Assembly (NCBI RefSeq): GCF_902459465.1
Contig: NC_047073.1
Span: 10,292,001-10,356,000, forward strand
Length of the DNA stretch: 64,000 nt
Direction: 5' to 3'
Origin: Asterias rubens
Taxonomy: Eukaryota
Below, in pieces: positions 49,207-55,574 of this stretch. Numbering within the stretch: position 1 is the stretch's first letter; every line of letters starts with the position of its first letter. The translations under genes and the position numbers were made by a program. Below the pieces are notes generated by a model, which was not told where the DNA came from, did no database searches, and saw nothing but the letters and a program-made list of their open reading frames with translations.

Positions 49207-52200
49207 GAAAACTTACCTACACATGAAGCTTCATCTGAACCATCCTTACAATCCTCTTCTCCGTCACAACGCCATTGTTTGGGTATACATCCGTCGCTGC
49301 ATTCAAACTCAGTCTCTGCATCACAGTTGAGCTCAAGCCCTACATATTATTTATCACATGAAATTGTAACTGTGAAAATTTAAAGGCACTAGACACTATT
49401 GGTAATTGCTCAAAATAATTGTTAGCATACAGACTTACTTTGTAACAAGCAATGGAGAGCTGTCAAAAAACAAGAGCTTGAAACATTGTGAGAAATGGCT
49501 CTGTATGCAATAACGTATTAATTTTCCGTTAAAATACTTGAATTTGATTTCGAAGACTCAGAACTATAGATTTTGAGGTCCAGAAATCAAGCATCTGAAA
49601 GCACAGGGTGTTTTTTCTTCCATTATTACCTTGCAACTTCGATGACCACAATTTCGATGACCAATTGAGTTCAAATTTTTACAGGTTTTGTTGTTTTATG
49701 CATAATGTTGAGATACACCAAGTGAGAAGACTGGTCTTTAAAAAATACAAAAAGTGTCCAGTGTCTTTAAATGCTTCACGCACAATTAATTCATATTGAA
49801 TCTGTGGCAAAATTATTTCCAAAACATATATTTTTTGTTGTTGATTATTTTACTAACTACATGTAAGCAACACAGAGAATGGGGATATTAACACAACAAA
49901 ACAGAGGTTTTATAAGCTGAAAAAAACCCCGGCATGTCAGTAATTCAAAACTGTTTTCATATGTTCTCTTTCTTAACAATAATAATCAACTACAGCATTA
50001 TAAAGGCGTACTTTACTGAGAAACATTGAAAGCACCGGTCAGGATCAGAAGTTAAAGATTAAGATAAAGTATTGTCAAGATGTTGGAAAGCAAGCATGAA
50101 CAAGTGTGGTTTAAGTTTCTGCTGGAAGAAAGTGATGTTGTGTATTTATAGGGCCCAATGTCATGGAGTTGCTTAAGCAGAAAATATATTGCTTAATGTT
50201 TTGCTAAGCAGAAATGAGCAGAATACCACTCACAAATTGTACATGTTAGTTTTTTCCTAGGCCTAAGCAGCTCTATAAAATTGGGCAATGCTTTCATGTG
50301 GACATTCCAGATCACAGTTACATGTCTAAATTGCAGGGATGCACTTTGACACATGCTCAATGGTTGCACGCTCTCACATGCTACACAGTAAAATCCACTA
50401 TGCAAAAAATACACAAAATATACCCCAGTGGCCACTATTTTTTATATCAAACATTGGACATGGTAGTTTGGCTCACTGGTATTTCCATGAAGTGTTAACA
50501 ATTTCAACATGTGGCCTCCTAACCTTCACAGCTACTTTCGTCTGAAGAATCTGTACAATCTTGTTGACCATCACATTGCCAAGATGCCGGGAGGCACTGT
50601 CCGTCTGATCCGCACCTAAACTCAGTATCTTTATCACAAGCTTTGCGGTACAAAGGATAAATGGGATTTGAGGCAATGCATGCATGGTGATACATAAATG
50701 TATATTTGGATTACCACAAACCCTACAAGTCGGACTTCAGACAAAAAGTGATTAGAAAATTGTTCCTAATGGTCATCTAATGGTCATCAGTAGTGGTCAT
50801 TTTATGAATATTTACAAAACAAATTATCTCCCACATTCTCAGTCGAATTGCAGTCTTTAAGCCATGGTTTAGTGCCGTATTGGCTAAGGGAAGTATTTAG
50901 GCCAATGGTCAGCAGAAAATCAAAACAAGTTGCTTTTTTACACTTTATAGACAGTCATAAAATTAGGCCAATGATCATCCTAGTGGTCAGCTGTGATTTT
51001 CACAAAAAAATTAAAGAATGCAAGTATTTTCAAAATCGAGTCCTATATTTCGGGTGAAACAGTTTTTGGACATTGGTCACCTTGCATGGTCACTCGGTCA
51101 GCAGTGATCATTTTATGTAAAAAACAATGCCATACATTTTTATACTTTTTACTTAATTTTATAGGGCTGACATTCATGATTTGTGAAACTCTTCACTAAA
51201 AAAATACAAAAGTGTCATCACACAAGTCCCTTTTGTTCACTAAAATGTGTTCCTTCCGACCAACCACTGCATTGTGTACACTAAATATTACTGCAATGGG
51301 TGTTTCAAAGTAATTTTATTTATTTTTTGCGAAGTCTAATTGATTCGCTGCCTCAAATAAAAACCAAGAAAATTCAATAACTGCACTCACATTAAAATTG
51401 TATGCCAAGCCAATGCTTGAGGAAAACGTAGCATGTACTGCATTTTAAAGTTAAAAACCATGTCATCTTTTTTTTGTTTTACTGCAATTACATGGGGGTG
51501 GGATGGGGGAGGGAATGAGGCATGCTAATCAAACTAACAATTGATGATTTCTTAAAGCACAGCTTATATTTTCCGGCCTGATGTTGTAAAAAAAAAAATC
51601 ATACAGATGACAGTAAATAAGTTCCCAAACTATAACAGCAGTTTATCTTGTAAACGTTTAGGTCTTCTTAAAAATAAGTTTTGCAAGTTTTGCAAAAGAA
51701 AATCTTACACTTCCCCAAGTATAGTAAAACTATGATTGATGTGACTACTTGAAAGCACAGCATGGACATAAATTACTCAAAATAATTGTTTGCATAAAAA
51801 CTTAGGACAATGGAAAGTTGTTGATAGAATAAAACATTGTGAGAATCGGCTCCCTCTGAAGTGACGTAGTTTTGAGAAAGAAGTAATTTGAATTTGATTT
51901 TGAGACCTCAGAATTAGAATTTGAGGTCCCCGAAATCAAGCATCTGAAGTCACACAACTTGTGTGACCTCCATGGTGTGACAAGGGTGTTTTTTCCCCCA
52001 TTATTATCTTGCAACATCGATGACCAAAATGAGCTCAAATTTACTGGTTTGTTATTTTCTGCATATGTTCAGATGCACCAAGTGAGAAGACTGGTCTTTG
52101 ACAGTTACCAATAGTGTACAAAATGTAATGCATAGCCACAGTCAGAAAATGTACTTACCATTTGCTTTGCAAAGAAAGGAAAACAACAGAAGTACCATAA

Positions 52201-52255
52201 AATGTAGAGCCATCTTCACAGAGGTGGCTCTATCCACTCTATCAAACCACCACAT
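5223..52255 (-). CDS. Gene B span: multi-exon LDL-receptor-family (LRP-like) protein, about 2,600 aa, apparently lacking a TM/cytoplasmic tail
   Basis: 43 exons with AG/GT boundaries and matching phases throughout except at exon 10 (see findings). Domains are signal peptide, 16 LDLa, EGF repeats and 5 YWTD propellers. Confidence 0.85.
5889..6059. mobile_element. CAGGCCTG-ended small element
   Basis: CAGGCCTG at both ends, AACTAC direct repeat on both flanks; absent from the homologous intron near 12115. Confidence 0.55.
6112..6250 (-). CDS. Gene B exon 42 (module 4): propeller last blade
   Basis: [46 protein letters not shown]; 139 nt. Confidence 0.87.
6672..6930 (-). CDS. Gene B exon 41 (module 4): propeller
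   Basis: [20 protein letters not shown]...[10 protein letters not shown]...HPFSIAVHQ; 259 nt. Confidence 0.93.
7256..7492 (-). CDS. Gene B exon 40 (module 4): propeller
   Basis: [41 protein letters not shown]...[10 protein letters not shown]; 237 nt, phase 2-2. Confidence 0.92.
7559..7746. mobile_element. ATAGACC-ended MITE
   Basis: TIR ATAGACC(A/G)AT(T/C)CATTA.G.TCCGCCC; truncated copy at 14904-15040, inverted relative at 34146-34340. Confidence 0.72.
8330..8404. repeat. 39-bp direct duplication (also at about 15622-15697)
   Basis: TTTAACCCTGTCTGGGTGATCATTCAAAAGTGACG twice. Confidence 0.8.
8472..8626 (-). CDS. Gene B exon 39 (module 4): propeller start
   Basis: Appears identical to exon 32; 155 nt. 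Confidence 0.88.
9251..9408 (-). CDS. Gene B exon 38 (module 4): EGF
   Basis: Appears identical to exon 31; 158 nt. Confidence 0.9.
9521..9717 (+). mobile_element. tRNA-derived SINE-like element
   Basis: A-box TAGTCTAGTTGG, B-box GGTTCGAATCC, non-tRNA tail, TTGACTC direct repeats either side; absent from homologous introns near 23850 and 31100. Confidence 0.75.
10066..10303 (-). CDS. Gene B exon 37 (module 4): 2 LDLa
   Basis: [18 protein letters not shown]...EYEDEMGC; 238 nt. Confidence 0.92.
10887..11059 (-). CDS. Gene B exon 36 (module 3): 8-Cys EGF
   Basis: Appears identical to exon 29; 173 nt. Confidence 0.9.
11244..11871 (-). mobile_element. 5'-truncated RTE-clade non-LTR retrotransposon fragment (RT C-terminus) with (GAT)n tail
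   Basis: Translates [12 protein letters not shown]...[13 protein letters not shown]...[17 protein letters not shown]...RRLQFAVHC...RGRTK with one in-frame stop; AGTCT direct repeats at 11239-43 and 11872-76. Confidence 0.88.
12212..12350 (-). CDS. Gene B exon 35 (module 3): propeller last blade
   Basis: [24 protein letters not shown]...; 139 nt. Confidence 0.87.
12856..13720. repeat. 19-bp minisatellite (AAAGTCAAGTGCCATGCTC) split by a MITE
   Basis: Tandem units either side of 13041-13420; duplicated at 20152-21016. Confidence 0.85.
13041..13420 (+). mobile_element. Kolobok/T2-type MITE family A (about 385 bp)
   Basis: TTAA flanks; AG(G/A)CA(G/C)TGGACACTATTGGTAATT-type TIRs; many copies in window. 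Confidence 0.85.
13785..14043 (-). CDS. Gene B exon 34 (module 3): propeller
   Basis: [20 protein letters not shown]...; 259 nt. Confidence 0.92.
14273..14515 (-). CDS. Gene B exon 33 (module 3): propeller
   Basis: Near-identical to exon 26; 243 nt, phase 2-2. Confidence 0.92.
15765..15919 (-). CDS. Gene B exon 32 (module 3): propeller start
   Basis: [52 protein letters not shown]; 155 nt. Confidence 0.88.
16544..16701 (-). CDS. Gene B exon 31 (module 3): EGF
   Basis: [53 protein letters not shown]; 158 nt. Confidence 0.9.
16820..17017 (+). mobile_element. tRNA-derived SINE-like element (duplicated copy)
   Basis: Same as 9521-9717. Confidence 0.75.
17366..17603 (-). CDS. Gene B exon 30 (module 3): 2 LDLa
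   Basis: [18 protein letters not shown]...EYEDEMGC; 238 nt. Confidence 0.92.
18186..18358 (-). CDS. Gene B exon 29 (module 2): 8-Cys EGF
   Basis: [57 protein letters not shown]; 173 nt. Confidence 0.9.
18538..19165 (-). mobile_element. Second copy of the RTE fragment (inside the 7.3-kb duplication)
   Basis: Same 628 bp and AGTCT TSD. Confidence 0.88.
19506..19644 (-). CDS. Gene B exon 28 (module 2): propeller last blade
   Basis: [46 protein letters not shown]; 139 nt. Confidence 0.87.
20337..20716 (+). mobile_element. Kolobok-type MITE A (duplicated copy)
   Basis: As 13041-13420. Confidence 0.85.
21081..21339 (-). CDS. Gene B exon 27 (module 2): propeller
   Basis: [20 protein letters not shown]...[10 protein letters not shown]...HPFGIAVYQ; 259 nt. 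Confidence 0.92.
21582..21824 (-). CDS. Gene B exon 26 (module 2): propeller
   Basis: [25 protein letters not shown]...[10 protein letters not shown]; 243 nt. Confidence 0.92.
22730..22887 (-). CDS. Gene B exon 25 (module 2): propeller start
   Basis: [53 protein letters not shown]; 158 nt, phase 0-2. Confidence 0.88.
23344..23501 (-). CDS. Gene B exon 24 (module 2): EGF
   Basis: [53 protein letters not shown]; 158 nt. Confidence 0.9.
24045..24282 (-). CDS. Gene B exon 23 (module 2): 2 LDLa
   Basis: [18 protein letters not shown]...EYEDEMGC; 238 nt, phase 0-1. Confidence 0.92.
24310..24540. repeat. About 21-bp minisatellite (GGATTCCGGTTGAATTAACCG-like)
   Basis: About 10 degenerate tandem units next to the exon 23 acceptor. 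Confidence 0.8.
24757..24929 (-). CDS. Gene B exon 22 (module 1): 8-Cys EGF
   Basis: [57 protein letters not shown]; 173 nt, phase 1-0. Confidence 0.9.
25370..25505 (-). CDS. Gene B exon 21 (module 1): propeller last blade
   Basis: [45 protein letters not shown]; 136 nt, phase 0-1. Confidence 0.85.
25764..26145. mobile_element. TTAA-flanked MITE family C
   Basis: TTAAAGGG...CCCTTTAA ends, long internal inverted symmetry; related copy at about 34690-35056. Confidence 0.75.
26254..26515 (-). CDS. Gene B exon 20 (module 1): propeller
   Basis: [20 protein letters not shown]...[22 protein letters not shown]...HPFSIAVHQ; 262 nt, phase 2-0. Confidence 0.93.
26688..26930 (-). CDS. Gene B exon 19 (module 1): propeller
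   Basis: [16 protein letters not shown]...[15 protein letters not shown]; 243 nt, phase 2-2. Confidence 0.92.
26966..27351 (-). mobile_element. Kolobok-type MITE A
   Basis: TTAA-AGGCAGTGGACACT...AGTGTCCAGGGTCT-TTAA. Confidence 0.85.
27670..28030 (-). mobile_element. Kolobok-type MITE A-related subfamily, one end truncated
   Basis: TTAAAGGGAAGGTACACGTTTGGTAATT start; internal homology to family A. Confidence 0.7.
28561..28715 (-). CDS. Gene B exon 18 (module 1): propeller start
   Basis: [52 protein letters not shown]; 155 nt, phase 0-2. Confidence 0.88.
28794..29023. mobile_element. Inverted pair of Penelope-like element terminal remnants
   Basis: Long inverted repeat containing CTGAAGA...CGAAAC motifs typical of PLE pseudo-LTRs; related fragments at 37580-37690 and 38770-38850. 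Confidence 0.55.
29407..29779 (+). mobile_element. TTAA-flanked MITE related to family A (AGCCATTG termini)
   Basis: TTAAAGCCATTG...CAATGGCTTTAA. Confidence 0.75.
30241..30398 (-). CDS. Gene B exon 17 (module 1): EGF
   Basis: [53 protein letters not shown]; 158 nt, phase 1-0. Confidence 0.9.
30732..31079. mobile_element. Foldback MITE family B
   Basis: Homologous to 1444-1815; perfect 23-bp central inverted repeat; TTAA flanks. Confidence 0.8.
31186..31425. mobile_element. GGGTG(A/C)GTTCGATTAGCTTCCC-ended MITE
   Basis: TIRs of about 22 bp, ATT on both flanks; relatives at 41160-41405 and truncated 44290-44521. Confidence 0.75.
31822..32059 (-). CDS. Gene B exon 16 (module 1): 2 LDLa
   Basis: [18 protein letters not shown]...[24 protein letters not shown]...EYEDEIGC; 238 nt, phase 0-1. 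Confidence 0.93.
32694..32881 (-). CDS. Gene B exon 15: EGF-like (8 Cys)
   Basis: [62 protein letters not shown]; 188 nt, phase 1-0. Confidence 0.88.
33880..34080 (+). mobile_element. tRNA-derived SINE-like element, same family
   Basis: Homologous head and tail to 9521-9717 at an independent site. Confidence 0.72.
34354..34533 (-). CDS. Gene B exon 14: EGF-like (8 Cys)
   Basis: [58 protein letters not shown]; 180 nt, phase 1-1. Confidence 0.9.
34690..35056. mobile_element. MITE family C copy
   Basis: Homologous to 25764-26145. Confidence 0.7.
35268..35409 (-). CDS. Gene B exon 13: last blade of propeller 1
   Basis: [47 protein letters not shown]; 142 nt, phase 0-1. Confidence 0.9.
35771..36023 (-). 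CDS. Gene B exon 12: YWTD propeller 1
   Basis: [20 protein letters not shown]...[21 protein letters not shown]...HPFDIIVHQ; 253 nt, phase 2-0. Confidence 0.93.
36240..36496 (-). mobile_element. Degraded copy of the 48766 SINE family
   Basis: Reverse complement matches CTGGTGTTTCTGATCA...GACAC.TGTGTCCTTAA...GTCCTTCGGAT; interrupted by a MITE at 36497. Confidence 0.6.
36497..36746. mobile_element. GGGCCCAATTTCATAGAGCTGCT-ended MITE (Harbinger-like, tentative)
   Basis: TIRs at both ends; related copies at 3660-3867, 50151-50286, 57249-57447, 61031-61256. Confidence 0.7.
36864..37082 (-). CDS. Gene B exon 11: YWTD propeller 1
   Basis: [53 protein letters not shown]; 219 nt, phase 2-2. Confidence 0.93.
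37843..38070 (-). CDS. Gene B exon 10: EGF C-terminal half and start of YWTD propeller 1 (probable 1-bp deletion near 38057)
   Basis: [32 protein letters not shown]...[25 protein letters not shown]. The best acceptor (38071-72) is out of phase with exon 9 by one base. An alternative in-phase AG lies at 38096-97. Confidence 0.8.
39055..39132 (-). CDS. Gene B exon 9: N-terminal half of an EGF-like domain
   Basis: [26 protein letters not shown]; TTTTTTTTACAG acceptor, GTGAGT donor, 78 nt, phase 1-1. Confidence 0.85.
39140..39410. repeat. About 98-bp tandem repeat, about 2.7 units
   Basis: AAAAAGGAGACCCAAAAA.TTACA.CAGG...GGTGAGCATTGCAAACTTTGG repeated. Confidence 0.8.
39768..40155 (-). mobile_element. 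Kolobok-type MITE A nested in a foldback MITE remnant
   Basis: TTAA both sides; flanks join to the sequence seen uninterrupted at 30955-31065. Confidence 0.85.
40887..41126 (-). CDS. Gene B exon 8: two LDLa repeats
   Basis: [80 protein letters not shown]; 240 nt, phase 1-1. Confidence 0.93.
41160..41405. mobile_element. Same GGGTG-ended MITE family
   Basis: Perfect 22-bp TIR GGGTGCGTTCGATTAGCTTCCC. Confidence 0.78.
42138..42263 (-). CDS. Gene B exon 7: LDLa (duplicate of exon 5)
   Basis: Appears identical to exon 5, offset by 3116 bp. Confidence 0.88.
43008..43393 (-). mobile_element. Kolobok-type MITE A
   Basis: TIRs and TTAA flanks. Confidence 0.85.
43419..43541 (-). CDS. Gene B exon 6: LDLa (duplicate of exon 4)
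   Basis: Exon 4 copy offset by 3116 bp with two substitutions; AG/GT intact. Confidence 0.88.
43610..44293. repeat. About 150-bp CT-rich tandem satellite (about 4.5 units)
   Basis: Unit CTAGCTGCCTTTCTTGAGCT.TGACCCTGATCCTCAGTTGG...CAGGGAGCCAAACAGTTTGTG. Confidence 0.92.
45254..45379 (-). CDS. Gene B exon 5: LDLa
   Basis: [41 protein letters not shown]; 126 nt, phase 1-1. Confidence 0.9.
46124..46509 (-). mobile_element. Kolobok-type MITE A (duplicated copy)
   Basis: 43008-43393 plus 3116. Confidence 0.85.
46535..46657 (-). CDS. Gene B exon 4: LDLa
   Basis: [40 protein letters not shown]; 123 nt, phase 1-1. Confidence 0.92.
46726..47910. repeat. About 150-bp tandem satellite (about 8 units)
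   Basis: Same unit, diverging toward the right end. Confidence 0.92.
48355..48700 (+). mobile_element. Kolobok-type MITE A (internal deletion)
   Basis: TTAAAGGCAGTGGACACT...AGTGTCCACTGCCTTTAA. Confidence 0.85.
48766..49206 (+). mobile_element. tRNA-derived SINE with GCGCTATATAAG 3' end and (TAT)n tail
   Basis: A-box GTGGCCGAGCGGTTAA, B-box GGTTTGAATCC, tail ending in about 25 TAT repeats. Confidence 0.75.
49130..49206. repeat. (TAT)n microsatellite (SINE tail)
   Basis: About 25 TAT units. Confidence 0.95.
49217..49339 (-). CDS. Gene B exon 3: LDLa
   Basis: [40 protein letters not shown]; 123 nt, phase 1-1, GTAAGT donor. Confidence 0.92.
   Translation of the reverse strand, partial: GLSSTVMQRLSLNAATDVYPNNGVVTEKRIVRMVQMKLHV
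49380..49770 (-). mobile_element. Kolobok-type MITE A
   Basis: TIRs and TTAA flanks, diverged. Confidence 0.8.
50524..50640 (-). CDS. Gene B exon 2: LDLa
   Basis: [38 protein letters not shown]; 117 nt, phase 1-1. Confidence 0.92.
51750..52118 (-). mobile_element. Kolobok-type MITE A, degraded ends
   Basis: Internal homology to family A. Confidence 0.7.
52159..52213 (-). CDS. Gene B exon 1: signal peptide
   Basis: [19 protein letters not shown] followed by GTAAGT donor, phase 1. An in-frame upstream ATG at 52255 adds [14 protein letters not shown]. Confidence 0.8.
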
Positions 52256-52285
52256 CCTGCTCAGCTTATCACAACCACTGTACTG

Positions 52286-52323
52286 GAAATGATGGAGGTC
52301 TGTAGTCTCTGATTGTTTATATA
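52286..52323 (-). promoter_or_regulatory. Candidate TATA box and initiator of gene B
   Basis: TATATAAA at 52323-52316 and Inr-like TCATTTC (A at 52290) about 33 nt downstream, just upstream of the signal-peptide ATGs. Confidence 0.45.
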
Positions 52324-52754
52324 GGAACAGTTTCTTACCCCCCATGGGAGGTCACAGCTTTTCAGATTACAGGATGCAACCCTGGGGGAATAAATCAAGG
52401 GTACACAGTATGTACAAGGACAGTGGGGTTTCTAAACTGTGATTTTATTTCCAGTAGGCCCTAGCATGGACCACATTGACCAAAAACTTATTCTGGATCT
52501 GTGGTGTGCATGGTTGAGGCATGGGGAATTTAGCTACCTCCATGATTGAGGGAAACGTTTTCTACCTCCAAGGATATCTCATGGCACTATATACAGTGTG
52601 GGAAAAGATGTCCTTAGAAAAACTGTAACACTAGGGTCCTAATTTCAGTTTCTGATAAGCAAAACTAAATAAGATACCAAACACATGGTGTATGAGGATC
52701 ACTAGTTTGGCTGGTTACACGATTCTGGTAAGCATAATTTTGGTTGTGTTGTTG

Positions 52755-53140
52755 TTAAAGGCAGTGGACACTATTGGTAATTGTCAAAGACTAGCCTTCA
52801 CAGTTGGTGTATCTCAACACATGCATAAAACAACAAACCTGTGAAAACTTAAGCTCAATCGATCATCGAAGTTGCGAGATAATAATGAAAGAAAAATAAC
52901 CCTTGTCACACAAAGTTGTGTGCGTTGAGATGGTTGATTTCGAGACCTCAAGTTCTAAATCTGAGGTCTTGAAATCAAATCCGTGGAAAACTACTTCTTT
53001 CTCGAAAACTATGGCACTTCAGAGGGAGCCGTTTCTCACAACGTTCTATACCATCAACCTCTCCCCATTACTCGTCACGAAGAAAGGTTTTATGCCAATA
53101 ATAATTTCAAGTAATTACCATTAGTGTCCACTGCCTTTAA
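52755..53140 (+). mobile_element. Kolobok-type MITE A
   Basis: Near-perfect TIRs and TTAA flanks. Confidence 0.88.
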
Positions 53141-53296
53141 GCTCATTGTTGTGTTTAAAAGCAGCTCTATTTGAAATCAATTGATGTATGAAGGTGTTTT
53201 TTTTTGCTAGGGCAGTCTTGTAGTTTTGGCAGTGATAGATGAACTACAGAAATTGTTACCTTGACAAAAGTTTTTGTTCCATTAATCCCCTTGTTC

Positions 53297-53450
53297 ATAG
53301 ACCTTATCGCAAATACCAATGCGCAAGCGCAGACTGTTGAATGAGGTGCATTGTGGGATATACATGGATCAAATTTGGATACCAGCTAGACCACAATGCA
53401 CCTAATTCCAAGCTTTACGCGCGCCCCCCGGTATTTGCGAAAAGGTCTAT
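53297..53450. mobile_element. ATAGACC-ended MITE, different subfamily
   Basis: ATAGACCTTATCGCAAATACC...GGTATTTGCGAAAAGGTCTAT. Confidence 0.65.
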
Positions 53451-55201
53451 GACCCTGCTGTCCAAGATTCAATTGATTAGCTTTAAGGGCTGGTCGTCTG
53501 CACTGCATATAGAGGTTTTACTCATCTCTTTTATGGTCTAAGATCGGATAGCACGCCTTTGCATGGAGATAATGGAGCCAGTTTTACCTACATAGTCTTT
53601 GGTACCATTGCCCATAGAGCAAGGAACAGTTCCTTGCTCTATGCACATGCCTACCATGGTGTTACTGAAGATACAAACCGTTGTTTGTTTGGGACGAATC
53701 TCTCTGCCCTATGCTATGCTCTGCCCATAAACAACCCATTCCACACTCGGAGGTTCGATCTGTATCCTTCCTGTTTACGTTCAGTAAACACACCCACCAG
53801 TTTGGTGCCCTGTACCACCTGGTACAAAACAACTTTCTCTTTGTCAAGGTCTGTCTAAATATTGGGGTCAGATTCAACCTTCCCCCCCAAAAAAAAAAAA
53901 GTAAATCACTTAATTTAATTACCACAGTCTGTACCAGGCTGTGCAACCAAAGACCCACACACTACTGTGCTTCTATGGGACACATACCTGTTGGGCATCC
54001 TCAGCACAGACATGGGTATCGCCTCTCATACCCTCAAAAACATAATTGAAAGTCGGAGTTGATTTTTGAATCATTCCTTTTACCATATTTTACAGACACA
54101 ATGCATATTATGCTTATTTATCTTCAAGGTTGTTCTATAATAATGGAAATTTGACTGCCAAGTGGTTTTTCTGGGAGAATATTCTGGGAGCAATATTTTC
54201 AAAGAGGCATATTAAAAGTGGTTTAGTTTTGCATTCGTTTTTCTGCTGTATTATGTTTTTGATAGACCATTATATTGAGTATTCTGGCACGCACAATAAT
54301 GAGAAAGTTGACATTTTGTGTCATAATTTCCACATAAATCCAATAATTATGAAAGTAAAAGCTGGACAAGTTTTGAGAGATGTGCCCTCTTTCATCATTT
54401 CAAAAGTTGATAAGAATTAGACAGTGCAATCTCCATAAAATATATTATTTACCGATTTCTTCCATTAGGCTGTGTACAAATCGTGCCTTCAGGAAGTCCA
54501 TGCTCTGGGGCTCTTTTGTAAACATGCGATGTCACAGGTCACAGCGTCTATATTTTGTTAAGAATAAAAAGTGATATATTTGGGGGCTTAAAAATTGACA
54601 CACTTTTACAAAACCACATTACTTTGAAATGACATGTGTCTCTACATGCTTTACTATCAAAAGTTGTTGTAGGTGTGGCAGAGGTGGAAAACCCATTGTA
54701 TATAATCAACATAGTTCATTCATGGTTTAAGTTAATTGCCTTTCCTGTTTACATTTCCCTCTTAAGCTGTTTTACAGCAACCCCGGTTTTTATAATTTTC
54801 TTAGCAGCCTTTTGTAACTTGTTTGTATACAGTCACTGTTCCTTTTGTTTGCATCTCCTCGCGTCTTTTCCCTACCCAACTTGGTTTTGCTCATTAGTTT
54901 TGTTCAAGAGAGTACCCCAACAGTAAGTCTGTTTATTGGTATTATTAATTTATTTTTTAAGTGGTCAATTTTTCCCAGTTATATAGGAATCTAACCAAGA
55001 GTTGTTATTGCCATAAGTTTTAAGATTGATACCAAGTGTACATTCCCTTTAAGTCTTTGGACCTAACAATCAAGGACTGAATTTTCTTGTCTGTACTGGC
55101 CACAAATAGCCCAGCAATACACAGGGGATCCGAAGCTTCCAAAAAAGCACAACCATGACCTGGTGACATTAGGTGAATTTGGTAAATACAGACGTGCTGT
55201 T

Positions 55202-55574
55202 TTAAAGCCAGTGGACACTATTGGTAAATGTCAAAGACCAGTCTTGTCACTTGCTGTATCTCAACATATGCATAAAAGAACAAACCTGTGAAAATTTGAG
55301 CTCGATTGGTTGTCGGAGTTGCGAGATAATAATGAAAGAAAAACCACCCTTGTCACACTTTCAGATGCTTGATTTCGAGACCTCAAATTCTAAACTTGAG
55401 GTCTTGAAATCAAATTCGTGGAAAATTACTTCTTTCTCGAAAACTACACCACTTCAGAGGGAGCCGTTTCTCACAATGTTTTATTCTACCAACCTCTCCC
55501 CATTACTCGTTACCAAGTAGGTTTTATGCTAATAATTATTTTGAGTAATTACCAATAGTGTCCACTGCCTTTAA
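55202..55574 (+). mobile_element. Kolobok-type MITE A
   Basis: TIRs and TTAA flanks. Confidence 0.85.

Noticed and set aside
49093-49383. Poly-tyrosine ORF
   Set aside because: Translation of the (TAT)n SINE tail, antisense to exon 3
5223-52255. Assigning a gene symbol (LRP1, LRP2, LRP4, VLDLR)
   Set aside because: The domain order and apparent lack of a TM do not match any of these; orthology needs a phylogeny
53559-54049. Overlapping 98-122 aa ORFs upstream of gene B
   Set aside because: No recognisable domain or consistent splice signals; overlaps a palindrome and a homopolymer
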